Origin: Thermoguttaceae bacterium
GTDB taxonomy: Bacteria > Planctomycetota > Planctomycetia > Pirellulales > Thermoguttaceae
DNA: 64,000 nt
Reading direction: 5' to 3'
Assembly (NCBI GenBank): GCA_017559825.1
Contig: JAFYQR010000093.1
Location: 1,099 to 65,098 of the forward strand
Below the pieces are notes generated by a model. That model saw only the letters and a program-made list of their open reading frames with translations, did not search any database and was not told the origin of the DNA. Positions 61,091 to 64,000 of the stretch are shown here, piece by piece. Every line of letters begins with the position of its first letter. Position 1 is the first letter of the stretch. A program made the position numbers and the translations under genes.

Positions 61091-62841
61091 AATGTTCACC
61101 TTCTTCGTTTGGGAAATCGACTAGCGCGCGGAAAGCGGCCGGTCGACTCCGCTAATTTTGATTGTTCGGCAAAGTCCTTTGCGTTTTTAGGAAATTCGCT
61201 ATTACGTTGAACTTACGCTCGTGTTTTTAGAAGCGTTTCGTTGGTTCGAAAGACGTTCGCGTTAAGAAAACGTCCGTTCGATCACGTTCGCGCTTCGAAA
61301 AGGCGTTTGGCGCGGCGACGACCGTTAAAACGTCGATCGCGCAAAACAAATTTTTCTCATTATACGCGTTTCTTTTGTTTCGAAAAGGGGGGCGGCGGAA
61401 TTTCCTCAAAAAGACGGTATTAAATACGCCGGATGATTACAAAACGATAAAACGGGTGAAATGGGAGGTTTGGCGAAGCGCTGCCGTCGACGCTTTGCGG
61501 GGATTAGAGGAAAGGCGCGATTGAGCGAGAGAACGCGGATTCGGTAAAATCTCCCGGTTTTGCGCGTCGCTGGTTTTAAAGGGTACTTTATTGTCGAAAC
61601 CCGCGTCGGGACGGGCGGCGGTCGAACGCGAGCGCGACTTGCGATTCGACCGTCGTTCGACGCGCGGTCCGCATTTCGCGTCGCTCGTCGTCGCGTCGAA
61701 GTTCGAGCGTCGGCGGAACTCGGTTGCAACCGACTCCGTCGTCCGAGAGCGTCGCCGCGATCGTCGCGACTTGCCGACGATTTCGCGTCGACCGGAAAAC
61801 GCCGTTCGCAGCGGTCGATTCCGGTTCGGTCCGAAATATCCCTTTATTCCGAACGGCCTTAGGTTCGACCGTCGTCCGCGTTCCGTCGAGGGAGCGTCCG
61901 ATTCGTCGCGCCGACGGCCCGACCGCCGAGCGAGCCGTTTTCGTCGCGAGCGTCGGCGTTTGAAAACGTTGAAAAACGTTGGAAAGCGCGACAACGCTTG
62001 CAAATCGCGCCGTTAAGGAGACTTGCGGCGCGCCGACGGAAGCGGCGGACGGCTGGACTTCGACGCGACGACCCGCGAAACTTGGTTCCGCAAGTCGCTT
62101 CGAGACGCGGAATTAAGAGAAGCGGCGGCCGCGAAGGAACGCGCGAAAACCGGTTTGTCGGCGCGACGTCGCTTTTTCGCTGGGAACTAAGCGGCGTCGA
62201 GCTTCGACGGCGAGCGTCGCGGAACGTTTTGACGTTTCATGACGCTCGCGTCGGGCAAACCGGGCGAACCGTCGACTAACGCGTTGGAAACATTTAAACC
62301 GCGCCGATTTAACGCGTTTGCCGATTTCAAGTCGACGACGTCGGCTCGCCGCCTTTCGCGACAGCGAGTCGAAACGTTGAAACGCTTGAAAAGTCGACGC
62401 TTGCGGCGGCGGATAAACCCGACTTTCAACGTTTCCTCGACAACGCGTTCCCGACGTCGAGCCGTTCGACTTTGTTTTCCTTAACGGAACGGGCGATTTT
62501 ACCGACGTTTGCGCGTCGGCGCCCGTTTTCGTCGCGCTCCGGCGATTGGTCGACATTGTGTCGCTGTCGCCTACGATTTCGGCGTTCTCCGTCGCGACGG
62601 CGAACTTTCCGAAACAAGAGCGCGGCGACGGCGAACGTCGAAACGGTTCCTCGCGTTTCTCGACGCGGGTTTTAGCTCTTTCAAGTTTTTGAAAGCGTTG
62701 CGAAAACGACGTTTGCGCGTCGGTTTAAAAACGGCGAACAAGCCGTGTTTGACCGACGTCGCGGCGTCGTTTTCCTTATTTCTTGCGTCGGTTCTTCGCC
62801 AGAAATTTTTCAAATTCTTTTAAAAACGCGGGAAAATTCGC

Positions 62842-62870
62842 TTGAAACGCCGCGTTGCGTCGGTTATAAT
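62842..62870 (+). promoter_or_regulatory. sigma-70-like promoter upstream of LamG-like gene
   Basis: TTGAAA (62842-62847), 17-nt spacer, TATAAT (62865-62870), about 85 nt upstream of ATG 62956. Confidence 0.5.
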
Positions 62871-62955
62871 CGAGAAAATCGCCGTCGCGTCGGACGTTCG
62901 GCGGTAAGCTCTAAATTAAGTCTTGAAAAGCGTTGACGAATTAAGGAAAACGAGA

Positions 62956-64000
62956 ATGGCGTTAAAACAATATAAGACGCCGCGAACCGAGCGCGGGAAA
63001 CGTAAAGTACAACGCGACGCAACTCGCTCTAAATCGGCGGTTAACAATTGGGCGGCGCTGTTGAGCGCGGCGGCTTTGGGCGCGACGCTTGGCGTCGGAA
63101 TCGGCGATTTCGCGCGGTCGGTTCGAGCGCAAGACGCGACGATCGACGTCGGCAAAGTCCTTGTCGACGACGCGGTTAAGGGGGCGAAACCCGACCTTTC
63201 GACCGGCTCGTTTTCCGTCGGTTTGCGTTGTAAGTTGGCGGCGCCGGGGAACGAAGTCGGAAACGGCGACGGGCTCGGAATGTTATTTTCTGTCGCGAGC
63301 GGTTGGCACGACGGTTTTCGCGCGCATTACAACTGGCGGGACGGTCGGATAACCTTCCAAATTGGGCGAGTTAAGGAAAAGAGCGCGGTCGGCGTTACTT
63401 CGGAGCGCGGCTTTCTGCCCGGCGTGATGCGAGACGTTGTCGCCGTTTACGACGCCGATAAAGACGAAATGTCGCTTTACGTCGACGGCGAAAAAGTCGG
63501 TTCCGCGTCGTATTCCGGGCCGATCGACGTTTTCGATAAACCGTTAAGCGTTGGTTTCGCTGGGTTTGGCGTCGGTTCAAATCAAATGTACGTCGACAAG
63601 TTGGAGTATTGGAAGCGACCGTTGACCGCCGGGGAAATCGCCGAGCGCAACGCCGCGCGTCCGAAAGAAGAACTCGATGCGGCGCAAGCGCTTGCGTTCT
63701 TTGTCGACGGAGGAAACGCGGTCAATCTCGACGCCGACGAGGCGCAAATCGAAAAAATTTTGACGCTCGACGTTCCGGAGGAAATTAAAGCGAACGCTCG
63801 ACGAACGGCTCTTATTAAAGCGTTTATCGGCGGCGATAAGGAAAAGGCGGCCAAACTCGCGTTCGCGGAAGCGGAACGGTTTTTGACGGAAGAAAAAACA
63901 GTGAACGACGCCGAGTCGCAAGCGGAGCGGAACGCGCGATTGAGTCGTTATCTGGAAATCGAAGGGCACTTAGGTTACTTTTGGGCGCCCGAATACGCCG
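62956..64000 (+). CDS. membrane-anchored protein with LamG/concanavalin-A-like lectin domain (3' end beyond window)
   Basis: Absent from the track (no stop inside the window). My translation from ATG 62956 (AAGGAA SD) reads MALKQYKTPRTERGKRKVQRDATRSKSAVNNWAALLSAAALGATLGVGIG...FSVGLRCKL...MLFSVASGWHDGFRAHYNWRDGRITFQIG...EMSLYVDGEKVGSASYSGPIDVFDKPLSVGF...LEYWKRPLTAGEI, typical of Laminin_G_3-type domains. The frame is open to 64000. Confidence 0.7.
   Translation, partial: MALKQYKTPRTERGKRKVQRDATRSKSAVNNWAALLSAAALGATLGVGIGDFARSVRAQDATIDVGKVLVDDAVKGAKPDLSTGSFSVGLRCKLAAPGNEVGNGDGLGMLFSVASGWHDGFRAHYNWRDGRITFQIGRVKEKSAVGVTSERGFLPGVMRDVVAVYDADKDEMSLYVDGEKVGSASYSGPIDVFDKPLSVGFAGFGVGSNQMYVDKLEYWKRPLTAGEIAERNAARPKEELDAAQALAFFVDGGNAVNLDADEAQIEKILTLDVPEEIKANARRTALIKAFIGGDKEKAAKLAFAEAERFLTEEKTVNDAESQAERNARLSRYLEIEGHLGYFWAPEYA

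Noticed and set aside
61506-61520. agaggaaaggcgcg, superficially like the RNase P RNA GAGGAAAGUCC motif
   Set aside because: The GUCCGGGC continuation and the other conserved P4 elements are absent, so I make no RNase P call. I also saw no tmRNA-like T-arm/ACCA end and no SRP motif in 61091-62955.
61437-62003. 188-aa minus-strand ORF and the 141-aa plus-strand ORF (61591..62016) in the ORF-less region
   Set aside because: Both are strongly Arg/Ser-rich like the shadow ORFs elsewhere. They have no SD and no recognisable motif.
1-64000. CRISPR arrays, transposases/IS elements, prophage or defence-system genes
   Set aside because: I found no regularly spaced direct repeats, no transposase, integrase or recombinase-like translations, and no nuclease/ATPase pairs typical of defence islands. 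The only tandem repeats are in-frame coding arrays.

Overview
This 64-kb chromosomal segment looks like a Planctomycetota genome. The hallmarks are a DUF1559 prepilin-like protein, a TIGR03000-type C-terminal domain, a BatA-type N-terminus and several giant secreted proteins. Codon usage is very CpG-rich, which produces kilobase-long Arg-rich shadow ORFs on the antisense strand. I support 30 intact protein genes, one frameshifted gene, one tRNA-Arg(CCT), about a dozen rho-independent terminator-like hairpins and several canonical -35/-10 promoters. Most genes are housekeeping: dnaE, rpsO-pnp, hrpA, pyrH, hup, proA, rdgB, galE and a cysteine desulfurase. Others serve carbohydrate, peptide or phosphoester use: xylB, GH43, S46 peptidase, a PaaK-type ligase, a tandem GDPD protein and an alkaline phosphatase. 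A Tat-signal [FeFe]-hydrogenase marks an anaerobic lifestyle. I saw no mobile element, integrase, CRISPR array or recognisable defence system. The most interesting observations are: (i) a translationally coupled ExbB-like / DUF2149-like / membrane-anchored CobN-like trio next to a DUF1559 pseudopilin; (ii) a 1,403-aa secreted vWA protein with an internal Gly-Met array and a C-terminal GGGYGGGYGNNN array; (iii) a CDPCW-repeat TIGR03000 protein; (iv) a frameshifted SUKH-ankyrin gene; (v) a 1.85-kb ORF-less region containing coding-like remnants that hop between frames. All family assignments come from recognising motifs by eye in the translations, not from database searches.
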